DNA from: Candidatus Latescibacterota bacterium
GTDB lineage: Bacteria > Latescibacterota > UBA2968 > GCA-2709665
Assembly (NCBI GenBank): GCA_963662665.2
Contig: CAXXJS010000010.1
Span: forward strand, 128,001-192,000
DNA length: 64,000 nt
Direction: 5' to 3'
Below, in pieces: positions 49,660-59,586 of the stretch (the first letter of the stretch is position 1; each line of letters opens with the position of its first letter). The notes beneath the pieces were generated by a model. That model ran no database searches. It had not been told where the DNA came from and was given only the letters and a program-made list of their open reading frames with translations. The translations under genes and the position numbers were made by a program.

Positions 49660-50838
49660 CTAGAAAGACTGGTCTGGGTTTACGTCGGCAGCATAGTCAA
49701 CCGCAGGAAGTCCAAATCCGAAGAGCTTGAGGAATTCCTCGCGATAGCCCTGCAAATCCGATACCGTTTCCAGATTTTCGGTCGTGACGGATTCCCAGAG
49801 CGCTGAGATGCGCGACTGTACGTCGTCTCTGATCTCGAGGTCATCGATACGGATGCGCCCGCTCTCATCGGTCGGAACAGCTGGTTCGGCGCAAATCCGA
49901 TCTTTCAGAAGCCTGTACATCTGTTGTATACATCCTTCGTGGATGTTTTTGTCCTTCATGACTTTGTAAAGCAGGGAAATGTATAGGGGCACCACCGGAA
50001 TCGCAGCACTGGATTGGGTGACCACGGCCTTATTTACAGAGATGCAGGCGCTCCCGTTTCTCTTCTTCAGCCCGGCGCTCAATTTCCGAGCCGTGGCCTC
50101 AAGGTGAGTCTTCGCTCTTCCAATGGTGCCCTCTCCGTAGATCGGGCGGGTCAGTTCCGGTCCGAGATAGGTGAAGGCGACCGTGCGCACGCCCTCGGAA
50201 AGCACGTCTGCCGCGTCGAGGGCCCGAATCCACAACTCCCAATCCTCTCCGCCCATCACGGCAATGGTATCGTCGATCTCTTCGTCGGTGGCCGGTTCTA
50301 TGGTAATCTCCGAGACGGTTCCCGTGTGAATATCGACCGTTTTGCCCGTGTAGGACGCGCCCACGGGTTTCAATACGGAAGTGTATTGCGCTCCGGTCCG
50401 GGGATGGGTTCGACGCGGCGACGCCAGGCTGTAGACGACGAGGTCGACTCCTCCCAGGTCTTTCCTGATGGTAGATATAGTCTCTTCCTTAATATCATCG
50501 GAAAACGCGTCACCGTTGATGCTCCTTGCATAGTAGCCCGCGTCCCCTGCGGCTTTGTCGAATGCGACCGAATTGTACCACCCCGCCGAGGCCGTGCGAT
50601 TTCTGAGGGCCGGTCTTTCAAAGAAAACACCTACGGTCCCCGCCCCTGCGCCGAAGCAGGTTGCAATCCGGGAGGCCAGCCCGTAACCCGTCGACGCGCC
50701 AACAACCAGCACATTCCGGAATCCATTCAGGACCCGCTGTTTTCTGACCCAGTCGATCTGTTCGTGTACATTGTACGCGCACCCGATGGGGTGAGCGGTC
50801 GTACATATGAATCCTCGAATTCTGGGCTTGACAATCAT
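49660..50838 (-). CDS. fabV: Enoyl-ACP reductase FabV / trans-2-enoyl-CoA reductase
   Basis: RGFICTTAHP.GC, GASTGYGLASRI, NGDAFS, YSLASP, GTIG.AK, LFGF. Confidence 0.95.
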   Translation of the reverse strand: MIVKPRIRGFICTTAHPIGCAYNVHEQIDWVRKQRVLNGFRNVLVVGASTGYGLASRIATCFGAGAGTVGVFFERPALRNRTASAGWYNSVAFDKAAGDAGYYARSINGDAFSDDIKEETISTIRKDLGGVDLVVYSLASPRRTHPRTGAQYTSVLKPVGASYTGKTVDIHTGTVSEITIEPATDEEIDDTIAVMGGEDWELWIRALDAADVLSEGVRTVAFTYLGPELTRPIYGEGTIGRAKTHLEATARKLSAGLKKRNGSACISVNKAVVTQSSAAIPVVPLYISLLYKVMKDKNIHEGCIQQMYRLLKDRICAEPAVPTDESGRIRIDDLEIRDDVQSRISALWESVTTENLETVSDLQGYREEFLKLFGFGLPAVDYAADVNPDQSF

Positions 50839-50888
50839 TGCGCCGTCCTTTTCCAAAAATCAGGCCTATTCAGCTCGTTGAAGTGGAA

Positions 50889-52307
50889 TCACGTTTTTCC
50901 CCCGGGTTCTGCAGCGGGCTTTGTTTCACGCCATGGTGAAAGCGATTCAAAGGCGGCGGAGGCGCGCAACACTCCCGCGTCGTCGCGCCAGCGTCCAACA
51001 ATCTGCAAGCCCACCGGCAAGCCGTTGCATGCAAAGCCGGCCGGAACGGTTGCCGCCGGCTGGCCCGTGATGTTGAACGGATAGGTGAAAGCGGTCCAGC
51101 CGAGATAACTGGTCGGCTGTCCCGCGACGTCGGCCGGATGGTCGTGCCCGGCGGTAAAGGCCGTAACCGGAAGCGTCGGGCTGAGAAACAGGTCGTAGGC
51201 TTCCATAAATTCACGCCAGCCGTGGTAGTAGTCATTGCGCCTGGCGTAGGCGGTCGCCAGGTCGGCGCCTGAGATGCATTTCCCGCTATCGATCACGCCG
51301 ACAAGGCCGTTGTCCAGCAGGTCCCGCACGTCGTTCATATTGTCCTTGAACACGCCCGCGAACGACGCGGACCAGATCGTGTCGGCAATATCCCAGGGGT
51401 CGGGCAGTCCGGGATGGGCTTCTTCGACGAGACAACCGAGATCCTGGAACCGCGCCGCCGCCGCCGCCGCGATCGTTCGGACCTCGGGGTCGATCGGGGC
51501 GTACCCGAAATCGGGAGACCAGGCAATGCGCCAGCCGGTGATATCGCCGTCCATTGCGCTGAGATAGTTGGTGGAATCGGGCAGCGAGAGGCGGTCCATG
51601 GGGTGGGCGCCGGCCATGGCCGTGAGCATCATCGCGGCATCCTTCACCGTGCGGGTGACGGGACCGGAGTGAGAAAGCAATTCGACCACACTGGCAGGGT
51701 ACTGTGGAACCCGCCCCCAGGACGGTTTGAGTCCGTAGAGGCCGCAGAAACTGCACGGGATGCGGATGGAGCCGGCGCCGTCCGTTCCCTGGGCGATCGG
51801 TCCCATTCCCAGGGCGACGGCTGCCGCCGCGCCGCCGCTGGACCCGCCGGCGGTGCGGCCGTACATCCAGGGATTGTGTACCGGACCGTTGACGCGGTTT
51901 CCGGAGTCTCCCTTCCAGCCCAGTTCCGGCGTGGTGGTTTTGCCAAGAAGGACCATTCCGGCGTTGGAGAGGCGCTTTGCCAGCGGTGCGTCGTAATCCG
52001 GAACCCAGTTGTTGTAGAGCAGGGATCCCCTGGCGGTGCGGATGCCCTTTGTGGGCGTGAGATCCTTGAGCGAACCGGGGACACCCGCCAGAATCCCTGC
52101 ATCTCCCCTGAAATAGGCCCGTTCGGCGCAATTCGCCTGTTCAAGGGCGCGTTCGCAGGTGACCGTGACGTAGGGGTTGAACGCAGGGTTCAGCCGTTCA
52201 ATCCGGTGCAGCAGCGCGTTGGTGACTTCGACGGGCGAGAGTTCGCGCTTCTGATAAAGTTCGCGCAGTTCGAATGCTGAAAGATAGCAGAGGTCGGCTG
52301 AATTCAT
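50889..52307 (-). CDS. Amidase signature family protein
   Basis: KDL, GKTTTPE, GGSSGG, GTDGAGSIRIP. Confidence 0.93.
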   Translation of the reverse strand: MNSADLCYLSAFELRELYQKRELSPVEVTNALLHRIERLNPAFNPYVTVTCERALEQANCAERAYFRGDAGILAGVPGSLKDLTPTKGIRTARGSLLYNNWVPDYDAPLAKRLSNAGMVLLGKTTTPELGWKGDSGNRVNGPVHNPWMYGRTAGGSSGGAAAAVALGMGPIAQGTDGAGSIRIPCSFCGLYGLKPSWGRVPQYPASVVELLSHSGPVTRTVKDAAMMLTAMAGAHPMDRLSLPDSTNYLSAMDGDITGWRIAWSPDFGYAPIDPEVRTIAAAAAARFQDLGCLVEEAHPGLPDPWDIADTIWSASFAGVFKDNMNDVRDLLDNGLVGVIDSGKCISGADLATAYARRNDYYHGWREFMEAYDLFLSPTLPVTAFTAGHDHPADVAGQPTSYLGWTAFTYPFNITGQPAATVPAGFACNGLPVGLQIVGRWRDDAGVLRASAAFESLSPWRETKPAAEPGGKT

Positions 52308-52933
52308 CCTGCCGCTCCGGGTTGGAAACCACGCACGCCCGGGGTAGACGGCGTTGAACGGATGGGGTGTCCCGTAAGCGCAAGCAACTGTGCCACCAGG
52401 CGGTAGGAAATGCCCCAGAGGACACGCCGCCCGGGACCCGGCAGATCGATGGTGTTGAAGCGGCGGTCCTCTTTGTCAATGCGGAAATTGCGTTCACGAT
52501 GGCATCCGGTGTCGGCGAGTTCGCTCAACCGGACCCGGAAGGCATCCTTCACTTCGTCGTTTGGAAGAAGCCGGGCACAAGTTTTCACGTTGTAGACGAA
52601 ACCCGACACCAGGATGGGTAACGTGGCGCCGATGACGTCGTCCAGGCGGCCGAGGTACTCCGCGCACCGGAGATCCAGGCCGATTTCTTCCCGTGTCTCG
52701 CGCTCGGCAGCCATTCGCGAATTCCCGTCCCGGGGGTCGACCCTGCCGCCGGGAAACGCCACGTGACCCGACCACGGATCGTCATCACGCTGTGACCGCT
52801 CGATAAAAAGCAGTTGAACCCCTTCTTCCTGTTGATGCAGAACCAATGCAACCGCCGCGCGGGCCCTGTCTCCGGCGGCCAGACGCGGCTGATATCCATC
52901 CAGGACCCGGCGGATGTCTGCAATTGAGGTCAT
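52304..52933 (-). CDS. Nudix hydrolase, CoA pyrophosphatase-like
   Basis: AAVAL, DPWSGHVAFPGG..D....AERETREEIG, LWG. Confidence 0.9.
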   Translation of the reverse strand: MTSIADIRRVLDGYQPRLAAGDRARAAVALVLHQQEEGVQLLFIERSQRDDDPWSGHVAFPGGRVDPRDGNSRMAAERETREEIGLDLRCAEYLGRLDDVIGATLPILVSGFVYNVKTCARLLPNDEVKDAFRVRLSELADTGCHRERNFRIDKEDRRFNTIDLPGPGRRVLWGISYRLVAQLLALTGHPIRSTPSTPGVRGFQPGAAG

Positions 52934-53028
52934 AAAGGCATGGACGGGGGGCAATTCCCGTGCCGGCGACGATTGGGCCGCATTCCTGGGAAATCCGCTT
53001 AAGCGAGATACTATCTATGGGTTAATTG

Positions 53029-53466
53029 TTAGGTTGCCGGCTTGTACTTCCGATATTGGTTGAAGAGGAGAAATCCGAGGCCGAGTCCTCCAATAATCAA
53101 AACCGGAATGCGGTATATGCTGACCACTTCGTACCTGAACACGGCGCCCGAGGCGCCCGCGGAAACGATCAGAAACGACAGAATGATTAGGGGTTTACAG
53201 ATCACGGATGGTACAAACGCCGCGGCTACGATAAACAGAAGCGCCGAGTGGAAAATGAAGAACCCGGCGTAGCCGTTTCGGACGGCCATGGCGAACTGCC
53301 AATCGTACCGGCAGGCCCAGACCAGATAGACGTGGGCGACGGCAATGAGCGCAGCCAGGGCGACGGCCGTGCGGCTGCAGGTACCCCGGGTGACGAGTAC
53401 CAGATTCACCAAAAGGCCGAAATAACCCAGAAAAGCCAGAAGAAACGTGAAGGTTTCGAGCGTCAA
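53029..53466 (-). CDS. Hypothetical multi-pass membrane protein
   Basis: About five hydrophobic segments; start codon uncertain (TTG 53466). Confidence 0.6.
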   Translation of the reverse strand: MTLETFTFLLAFLGYFGLLVNLVLVTRGTCSRTAVALAALIAVAHVYLVWACRYDWQFAMAVRNGYAGFFIFHSALLFIVAAAFVPSVICKPLIILSFLIVSAGASGAVFRYEVVSIYRIPVLIIGGLGLGFLLFNQYRKYKPAT

Positions 53467-53902
53467 GACGAGGTCGCTATAGGCAACGTGAAGGCTTGCC
53501 GAGAATGCACGTACCGGTGGACGGCGTGCAGGAGAAGTGCGCAAAAACCGTGAATGGGACTCTGCCCGTGGAGGCATTCGGCCTACCTGTGGCAGAAGGC
53601 CGGGCGCCTTGCCCTGAGCCGACTATAGAGACGGGAAATAGAAACCTGAGGGAATGGGATAGAACCTGGACGCGCGCCGGCACTTGACCGGTGGCTGAAG
53701 AGCATTTCGAGGTGGATGTTTGTCCCGCAGCCGGCTTTTTTGGACCAGGTTCCGGCAGGAACGGTGCGGACATCAGGCTCTTCTGTGAACGCGGCCTAAG
53801 AGATTTCTGATTTCATCGAACTCAAGACGCGTTTATCCTGGATGGCGCCGCATCGAGCGGCATCAGCCGCCGTGGAACCGGTCACCCGGCTTTCCCGCCG
53901 TA

Positions 53903-55120
53903 CTATTCTTCTCCAGTATCCACCGGATTCTTGATCCGGTCGATCTTATCTTCGCAGTACTTCTTGAATTTGCGGTCTCGGAGTCCCTTCTGATAGTACC
54001 GTATCGCTTTTTCCTTCCAACCCTGCGGCCGCCAGGCGTCGTATACGTCGCCTATAATGACGTTCGCCGGAACCCCGAACCTGCGGTCCGAGACGGCTCT
54101 TCTGGCGAGGTTGAGGGCATTCTGGTATTGTTTGAGTTCGAAATAGGCGACCGACGCCCGGTACTGGGCTTCGCTGTCTCTGGAGTTCAGCGCGAGCGCC
54201 TGCTGGTACGCGGAGACCGCGCTTTTGTAGTTTTTCCCCAGTGCATGGGAGTGTCCCAGCGCCGTGTAGATCCTGACCTTGTCTCTCCTGGTGGGGGCCA
54301 CCGCAACGGCTTTTCTGAGCGTAGCAACCGCCTTCGAAAATTGTTTCGTTCGATTGTATACGACGGCCAGGCTGCGATAGGCGTTGATATTCTTTTTGTC
54401 TTTGCAATTCGGATCGCTATCGATCGCCCGGTTGTAACTCCGGATTGACCGGCTGTTTCTCTTTGTGATCCGATACAGGTCTCCCAGTTGTCGATGGGCC
54501 TTGGCGTATTTCGAGTTGAGCTCGACGGCCGTTGAAAACGCATTCTCCGCCTGTTTGTACTTTCGGGCTTGACTGGCGGCCAACCCCAGGTTGTAGTAGT
54601 TGGTGGCATCCGTCGGATCGAGTTGGGTTGCATTTTCGTACTCTTCGATCGCCTTCCTGTAGTTTTTGCGAAGCAGATAATCCCTGCCCTGCCTTGAATA
54701 GGCCGCTTTCAGGAGTTTCTTGGCGCCGCCGTCCTGAAAGTTGGCGTCCAGGTTCAGGGCCGCCTTGAACGACGCCTGTGCGTCCTTGTATTTTTTCAGG
54801 TTGTAATACATGTTGCCCAGTTCATAGTGGGCTTCTACGTAATCCGGTTTTACCGTTGTGGCCATCTTGAAATTGCCGATGGCCTTGTCATTATCTTTTA
54901 GCTTCTGGTAGGTCTTGGCGATGCCGCGATACGCCTGGGCGTTGTTACCGTCCAGTTTGACGGCCTCTTCGAACGCCTGAAGGGCTTGCTGATAGCGTCT
55001 TTTCTCGAAAAGGGCCTGACCGGCGTTGTACTTTTCCGCCGATTCGGGAGCCACTTGACCCCACGCGGGCTGGCAGAATAGGAGACACAAGAGCAGGGGT
55101 AAAAAATGTCGACAACGCAT
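53903..55120 (-). CDS. Exported TPR-repeat protein
   Basis: Signal peptide plus many TPRs (A.YNLG, A..LDP). Confidence 0.9.
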   Translation of the reverse strand: MRCRHFLPLLLCLLFCQPAWGQVAPESAEKYNAGQALFEKRRYQQALQAFEEAVKLDGNNAQAYRGIAKTYQKLKDNDKAIGNFKMATTVKPDYVEAHYELGNMYYNLKKYKDAQASFKAALNLDANFQDGGAKKLLKAAYSRQGRDYLLRKNYRKAIEEYENATQLDPTDATNYYNLGLAASQARKYKQAENAFSTAVELNSKYAKAHRQLGDLYRITKRNSRSIRSYNRAIDSDPNCKDKKNINAYRSLAVVYNRTKQFSKAVATLRKAVAVAPTRRDKVRIYTALGHSHALGKNYKSAVSAYQQALALNSRDSEAQYRASVAYFELKQYQNALNLARRAVSDRRFGVPANVIIGDVYDAWRPQGWKEKAIRYYQKGLRDRKFKKYCEDKIDRIKNPVDTGEE

Positions 55121-55279
55121 ATCAGGTGATCCTCTCGATGATACGGGTTAACTGGAACGCGATTTACAAACTGGGAATATTGCCAAATACAGGGATGATG
55201 TCAACCGCTTTGGACATGCGGAAAGGCCACCACCGGTTGTGTGATGGCCTCCGCGGAGCCGTAACTGTCCGGCTCGGGT

Positions 55280-55951
55280 TTAATCGTGCAGCTTGAAGGC
55301 GATGCGCTGGGTCATCCAGACATTCACGGGTTTGTCGTTCTGTATGGCCGGCTTGAATACGAATTGTCTGACCGCGTCAATAGCCGACTGCCTGAAAATC
55401 TCCTGTCCCTTCAACACCTGAACCCTGTCCGTCCGCCCGTCTCTGCGCACCATGAACTTGACGAATACATTGCCCTCCAGCCCTGCTTTGCGCGCAATTT
55501 CAGGAAATTTGGGGTTGACCCCCTTGATCAGTTCCGGTTTTTCCTCAACGCTCCAGAACTCCATCACTTCTTCTTCCATCGGTGCGTCGGTCGCGCCCGG
55601 CGGAGGGGGCGGAAGGTCTACCGGCGCCTGATCCAGATCGAGATCGGTCGTTTCGATGGTCACATCGTCGGGAACGTCGTCGCTCTCGGTTTCAACCGGC
55701 ATTGCCGGCCTCGGCGGAGGGGGCGGACGCTGAATCTGGCGTGTCTCCGGAATCTCCTCCATCTGGATGATGATCTGGTCTTTCTTTCCCGCCGAGGCCC
55801 GTATATCGAACGTGGGGAAAAGAATTGCCATAAAAAGGTGCAAGGCGCAGGAGATGCCGACGGACGACCAGAAGACTTTGGGATAACGGCTTCTGAGGTC
55901 GTGCTCAGGGTACTTTCCGCGGACGATATCCTTCCCTTTGATATAGGCCAT
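55280..55951 (-). CDS. tonB: Energy transducer TonB
   Basis: TM anchor, Pro-rich linker, C-terminal P.FPEIARKAGLEG.V.VKF. Confidence 0.9.
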   Translation of the reverse strand: MAYIKGKDIVRGKYPEHDLRSRYPKVFWSSVGISCALHLFMAILFPTFDIRASAGKKDQIIIQMEEIPETRQIQRPPPPPRPAMPVETESDDVPDDVTIETTDLDLDQAPVDLPPPPPGATDAPMEEEVMEFWSVEEKPELIKGVNPKFPEIARKAGLEGNVFVKFMVRRDGRTDRVQVLKGQEIFRQSAIDAVRQFVFKPAIQNDKPVNVWMTQRIAFKLHD

Positions 55952-55956
55952 ATGCG

Positions 55957-56367
55957 TTACCTCTCTCGATCGGTGGCAAAGTTGACGCGGAGGGCGTCGG
56001 CTTTGCGAAGTTCCTCGATCACTTCGGATACCAGCCCGTAGGGCGCCCGCGTATCGCACTTCAGAGAAACGATCAGGCGCGGGTTCTGTACCCGACGTTC
56101 GTAGAAGATTGGCGCAACCTGGTTGACCTGGGCGATTTTATCGTCTATGTAGACCTTCCTGTCTGCTGAAATCCAGACATAGGAAATGTGGCGCCGGGTC
56201 TTGATTTCCTCGACTTTTTCAGCCCTGGGCAGCACGATGCCGGTGACCCGATAGCGGACGAAAACCGTCGTAACCATGAAAAAGATCAGGAGGAGAAAGG
56301 CGATATCCGCCATCGAACCGGTCGGAATGGACGTATGTACCCCTGACTTTTTTGTAAAATCTGCCAT
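55957..56367 (-). CDS. exbD: ExbD/TolR family protein
   Basis: SMADIAFLLLIFFMVTT, LKCD..APY..V..V..EL. Confidence 0.92.
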   Translation of the reverse strand: MADFTKKSGVHTSIPTGSMADIAFLLLIFFMVTTVFVRYRVTGIVLPRAEKVEEIKTRRHISYVWISADRKVYIDDKIAQVNQVAPIFYERRVQNPRLIVSLKCDTRAPYGLVSEVIEELRKADALRVNFATDRER

Positions 56368-56395
56368 GCTGAGGGTCTCCTGTTGCCGGACGGGC

Positions 56396-56812
56396 CTACT
56401 TTTCCGGGGATGCTAGAGAGATCCGCGTTGCACCCGATAGCTTGATCTCATCCAGAACGTCTATGAATGCGTTGTAGGGCGTCTCCTCGTCCGCCTTGAG
56501 AGAAACGATCAGCTTGTCGTTTTCGCTCAGACGCCGCTCGATGTCGGCGCGGAGTTGCGCCAGTGGAATTTCCTGTTCCAGATTGATAAGAATATCACCG
56601 GCGGCATTCACCCAGATGTTGCAGATATTCTTCTTCTGGATCTTTTTGTTCTCTCCGGCGGGCGGAAGCTGCATACCAATGCCCTTGTCCTGATTCATTG
56701 TGGTGGTCACCAGGAAAAAGACAATCAGCAGAAAGGCGATATCCGCCATGGACGAAGTCGGGATTTCGGGGTTGGATTTGTTCCGCCTCCCCAACGCTGG
56801 CTTGTTGGCCAT
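56396..56812 (-). CDS. exbD: ExbD/TolR family protein
   Basis: SMADIAFLLIVFFLVTT, LKAD..TPY..F..VLDE. Confidence 0.92.
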   Translation of the reverse strand: MANKPALGRRNKSNPEIPTSSMADIAFLLIVFFLVTTTMNQDKGIGMQLPPAGENKKIQKKNICNIWVNAAGDILINLEQEIPLAQLRADIERRLSENDKLIVSLKADEETPYNAFIDVLDEIKLSGATRISLASPEK

Positions 56813-56815
56813 GGC

Positions 56816-57442
56816 TTATTCTCCCGCAGGCGTATCGTAGCCGGCCTGAATCAGTTCATCTACGAATTGAGAGGAACTTTCCTGCATATCGATGATGATC
56901 TTGTCTATTTTGGAAACGAAAAGGTTGTGAAATGCCTGAATTGGAATGGCGATCACCAGGCCGGAGGCCGTGGTAATAAGCGCTTCGGAAATACCCGCAG
57001 CGACAATACTCGGCTCGACGTCGCCGGCTTTGGCAATGGCGTCGAAGGCGCTGATCATACCGCTCACGGTCCCCAGGAATCCGAGCAGCGGCGCAATATT
57101 GGCCACCGTGGATAACCAGACCATGCCTTTTTCAAGGAACGCCATTTCGATGGCGCCGGATTCTTCGATGGCCTTTTCCACGTGTTCGATCCCTCGATCC
57201 AGACGGAGAAGGCCGGCATGGAGAACCGAGGCGACCGGGCCGCGGTGGCTTGCGCAGACTTCCGCGACGCCCTCCGGCCCTCGCTGCTTCAGTGCCTCCT
57301 GAACCGCAGTGAAAAACTCCCTGGTGTCGATTGACGACCGCCACAGCGACCAGAAACGTTCGATACTAACCGCAATTCCGAAAAGCAACATCAGCAGGAG
57401 CGGGTGCATAAAGGGCCCGCCGTTTACATAGAGTTCAACCAT
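56816..57442 (-). CDS. exbB: MotA/TolQ/ExbB proton channel protein
   Basis: APLLGFLGTV.GM..AF, GISEALITTA.GL.IAIP. Confidence 0.95.
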   Translation of the reverse strand: MVELYVNGGPFMHPLLLMLLFGIAVSIERFWSLWRSSIDTREFFTAVQEALKQRGPEGVAEVCASHRGPVASVLHAGLLRLDRGIEHVEKAIEESGAIEMAFLEKGMVWLSTVANIAPLLGFLGTVSGMISAFDAIAKAGDVEPSIVAAGISEALITTASGLVIAIPIQAFHNLFVSKIDKIIIDMQESSSQFVDELIQAGYDTPAGE

Positions 57443-57630
57443 GCTTCAATCCCCCAGATAATGTTGTGAACATTCGCTGCGGTGGAATATTGCGCGCAAG
57501 AAGCGCAGGCCGCCGACAATCGTCCACGGTTCAATTATGGGTCCCGGACGGTCCGCAAGCCTCGGAATTCGGGATGGTGTCGCGACGGAAGAACGGAGAA
57601 TCCGTCGCGTTGCCAAAGGCCGGGTATGCC

Positions 57631-58836
57631 TTATTTTTTGCCTTCGATATCTACCTCCTCCTCTTTCTTCTTTTTATTAAAGAATTCCTTTCTCTTTTTC
57701 TCCTCCTCGGACACGGGAGGGTTAATTTCATCGATCATCCGCCTGGCGTTTCCGGCCCAGAGAGGATCCTTCCCGGCTCTCTTGAACCATTTCAGCGCGT
57801 TGACGGAATCCCGGGCGGCATTGGTTTTCTTCCATTTTTTGTAGTGGAACTCTCCTCGCATGTAGTTGAATTTCCCGTTTCCCGGATCCAATCTGAGCCC
57901 TCTGTCGACCAGATTGATATCTCCGGTCAGATCGGCGAGTTGCTCCACAACGCTGAGGTTATCGGGCTGAAGCCTGATCAATTTTCTCAAGATGCCGATT
58001 TGAAACCGTCCGGATTTGTTCAGCTGTTTCCCGAGCGTAAGCAACTGGTCCAGAAAGAGAAATTCCTCCGGGTTGTGGGCGTGGAGTTTCTGATATGCCT
58101 CGAACGCCTTCTGTTCCATTCCCATGCGGAGGTACAACTTGGCGAGATTGTCCAGCGTGCCGTAATCTTCGGGGTTTATTTCCAGAAGCCGCTCCATCTC
58201 CTTGAGGGCTTCGTCTTCGTCTCCCATAAACAAGGTGAGCTTTGCGATCGCATCCTGGACGTCGGGATTGTCCGGTTCCAGTTCGGACCAGCGGCGCGTA
58301 TGCTTCAACGCCGAATCGTAGTCTTCCATTTCGATGTAGAGCGCAACCAACTGATGTAAATACTGGATCTTCTGTTCCGGTTTCTTGGCAATGGCGAGCA
58401 GCTTTTCGTATACCTCTATCGCCTCTTCCCACATTTCTTCCAATAGGTAAAGCTGGCCGAGGTAATATAGCGAATTTCGCGCATTGGGACCTGCCGGATT
58501 CAGTCCGATTGCTCTATTGAACCATTCAATGGCGTCGTCCGGTTTTTCGGTTTCATTGTACAACTTACCCAGATAGTAGGCGGTTTGGGCATTCCGGGGA
58601 TTGAAGTCCCAGGATTTCGTTAATTGCACGTGGGCGTCTTCGTATTGTTTGTTATCCAGATATCGCTTGCCGAAGTATACGTGTTTCCTTGACATCGCCC
58701 CCGAGTCTACGGGCGCCTCGCGTGGCTTGTGCTTGTCCTTTTTCGATTTTCTTCTGGCCTGGACCGGTGAAAGCAGGCCAAGGACAAGGAAGCCGCACAG
58801 AAAAAAGATGGCGACGTCCGAAAGCCTTAATTTCAT
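57631..58836 (-). CDS. Exported TPR-repeat protein
   Basis: Signal peptide; YYLG.LY TPR repeats. Confidence 0.85.
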   Translation of the reverse strand: MKLRLSDVAIFFLCGFLVLGLLSPVQARRKSKKDKHKPREAPVDSGAMSRKHVYFGKRYLDNKQYEDAHVQLTKSWDFNPRNAQTAYYLGKLYNETEKPDDAIEWFNRAIGLNPAGPNARNSLYYLGQLYLLEEMWEEAIEVYEKLLAIAKKPEQKIQYLHQLVALYIEMEDYDSALKHTRRWSELEPDNPDVQDAIAKLTLFMGDEDEALKEMERLLEINPEDYGTLDNLAKLYLRMGMEQKAFEAYQKLHAHNPEEFLFLDQLLTLGKQLNKSGRFQIGILRKLIRLQPDNLSVVEQLADLTGDINLVDRGLRLDPGNGKFNYMRGEFHYKKWKKTNAARDSVNALKWFKRAGKDPLWAGNARRMIDEINPPVSEEEKKRKEFFNKKKKEEEVDIEGKK

Positions 58837-58936
58837 GACAACCACTCCTCGGCGAGACAACCCCGCCGCACCGCCGATTCCACGTAAATCGCTGGTATCA
58901 AGACGCATAGACGTTTGAGCCTCTTAGAAACATAGA

Positions 58937-58965
58937 AATCTAACGAATAGGAAATTGGATGTCAA
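58937..58965 (-). promoter_or_regulatory. Promoter of the TPR-exbB-exbD-tonB operon
   Basis: TTGACA-N17-TAGATT. Confidence 0.65.
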
Positions 58966-59094
58966 GGCAAAATCCATACCTATCTATTACGAATCCTTTA
59001 CGAATTTGGGACGAGTTGCGGCAGACGGGTTGAATCCGGCCGGTACGACGGATGTGCCGAATGCTCCTTCAAGGAAATGCTCTGCTGATGCCGG

Positions 59095-59123
59095 TTGACA
59101 CAACCCGGCAGATCCGGTATATT
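59095..59123 (+). promoter_or_regulatory. Near-consensus promoter pointing toward guaB
   Basis: TTGACA-N17-TATATT. Confidence 0.7.
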
Positions 59124-59488
59124 GGAACACTTTAACCTTAAGATTCGCCATTTTTCGGGGACGTTAAATCGAACATATGCAAGTTAACAAAGGCGATTTG
59201 ACCTGGGATTTCCAGGTTGCCTATGGTCACTGGACGTGAACGGAAAAAATGTCCATTTAAACGACCTTTTCGGCCCGTTTCGGAAGGATTTGTCGCGGTG
59301 CCGCGTTGCTGTTTTGTCGAATGCAGGTTAATCCGGGAACAGGATGTACGACCATAGGAACCGCACCCGGGAGATGCGCATGCGCAATAGAATCTGGGCG
59401 CCCGGACTTGCCGTAAATGGCCGGTCTTCTCCGCCCTTGCTCACCTGCGCGCGGAGGAGGCGCCCGGCCATGTAACGGGAAACTATGC

Positions 59489-59518
59489 AAACCCCTTGAC
59501 ACGTGTGTCAAGGGGTTT
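59489..59518. promoter_or_regulatory. 30-bp inverted repeat with perfect 14-bp arms upstream of guaB (candidate operator or hairpin)
   Basis: AAACCCCTTGACAC-GT-GTGTCAAGGGGTTT. Confidence 0.55.
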
Positions 59519-59586
59519 CTTGTATCCGGATGCGCCGTGGCGGCAAAGTGTGAATGCGAAGCATTACTTTAACCAGGGAGACATTT

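Noticed and set aside
59395-59430. CCGTAAA loop upstream of guaB resembling purine riboswitch L3
   Set aside because: No matching P2/L2 (ATATGG) or J2/3 (TTTCTAC) elements; a cmscan would settle it.
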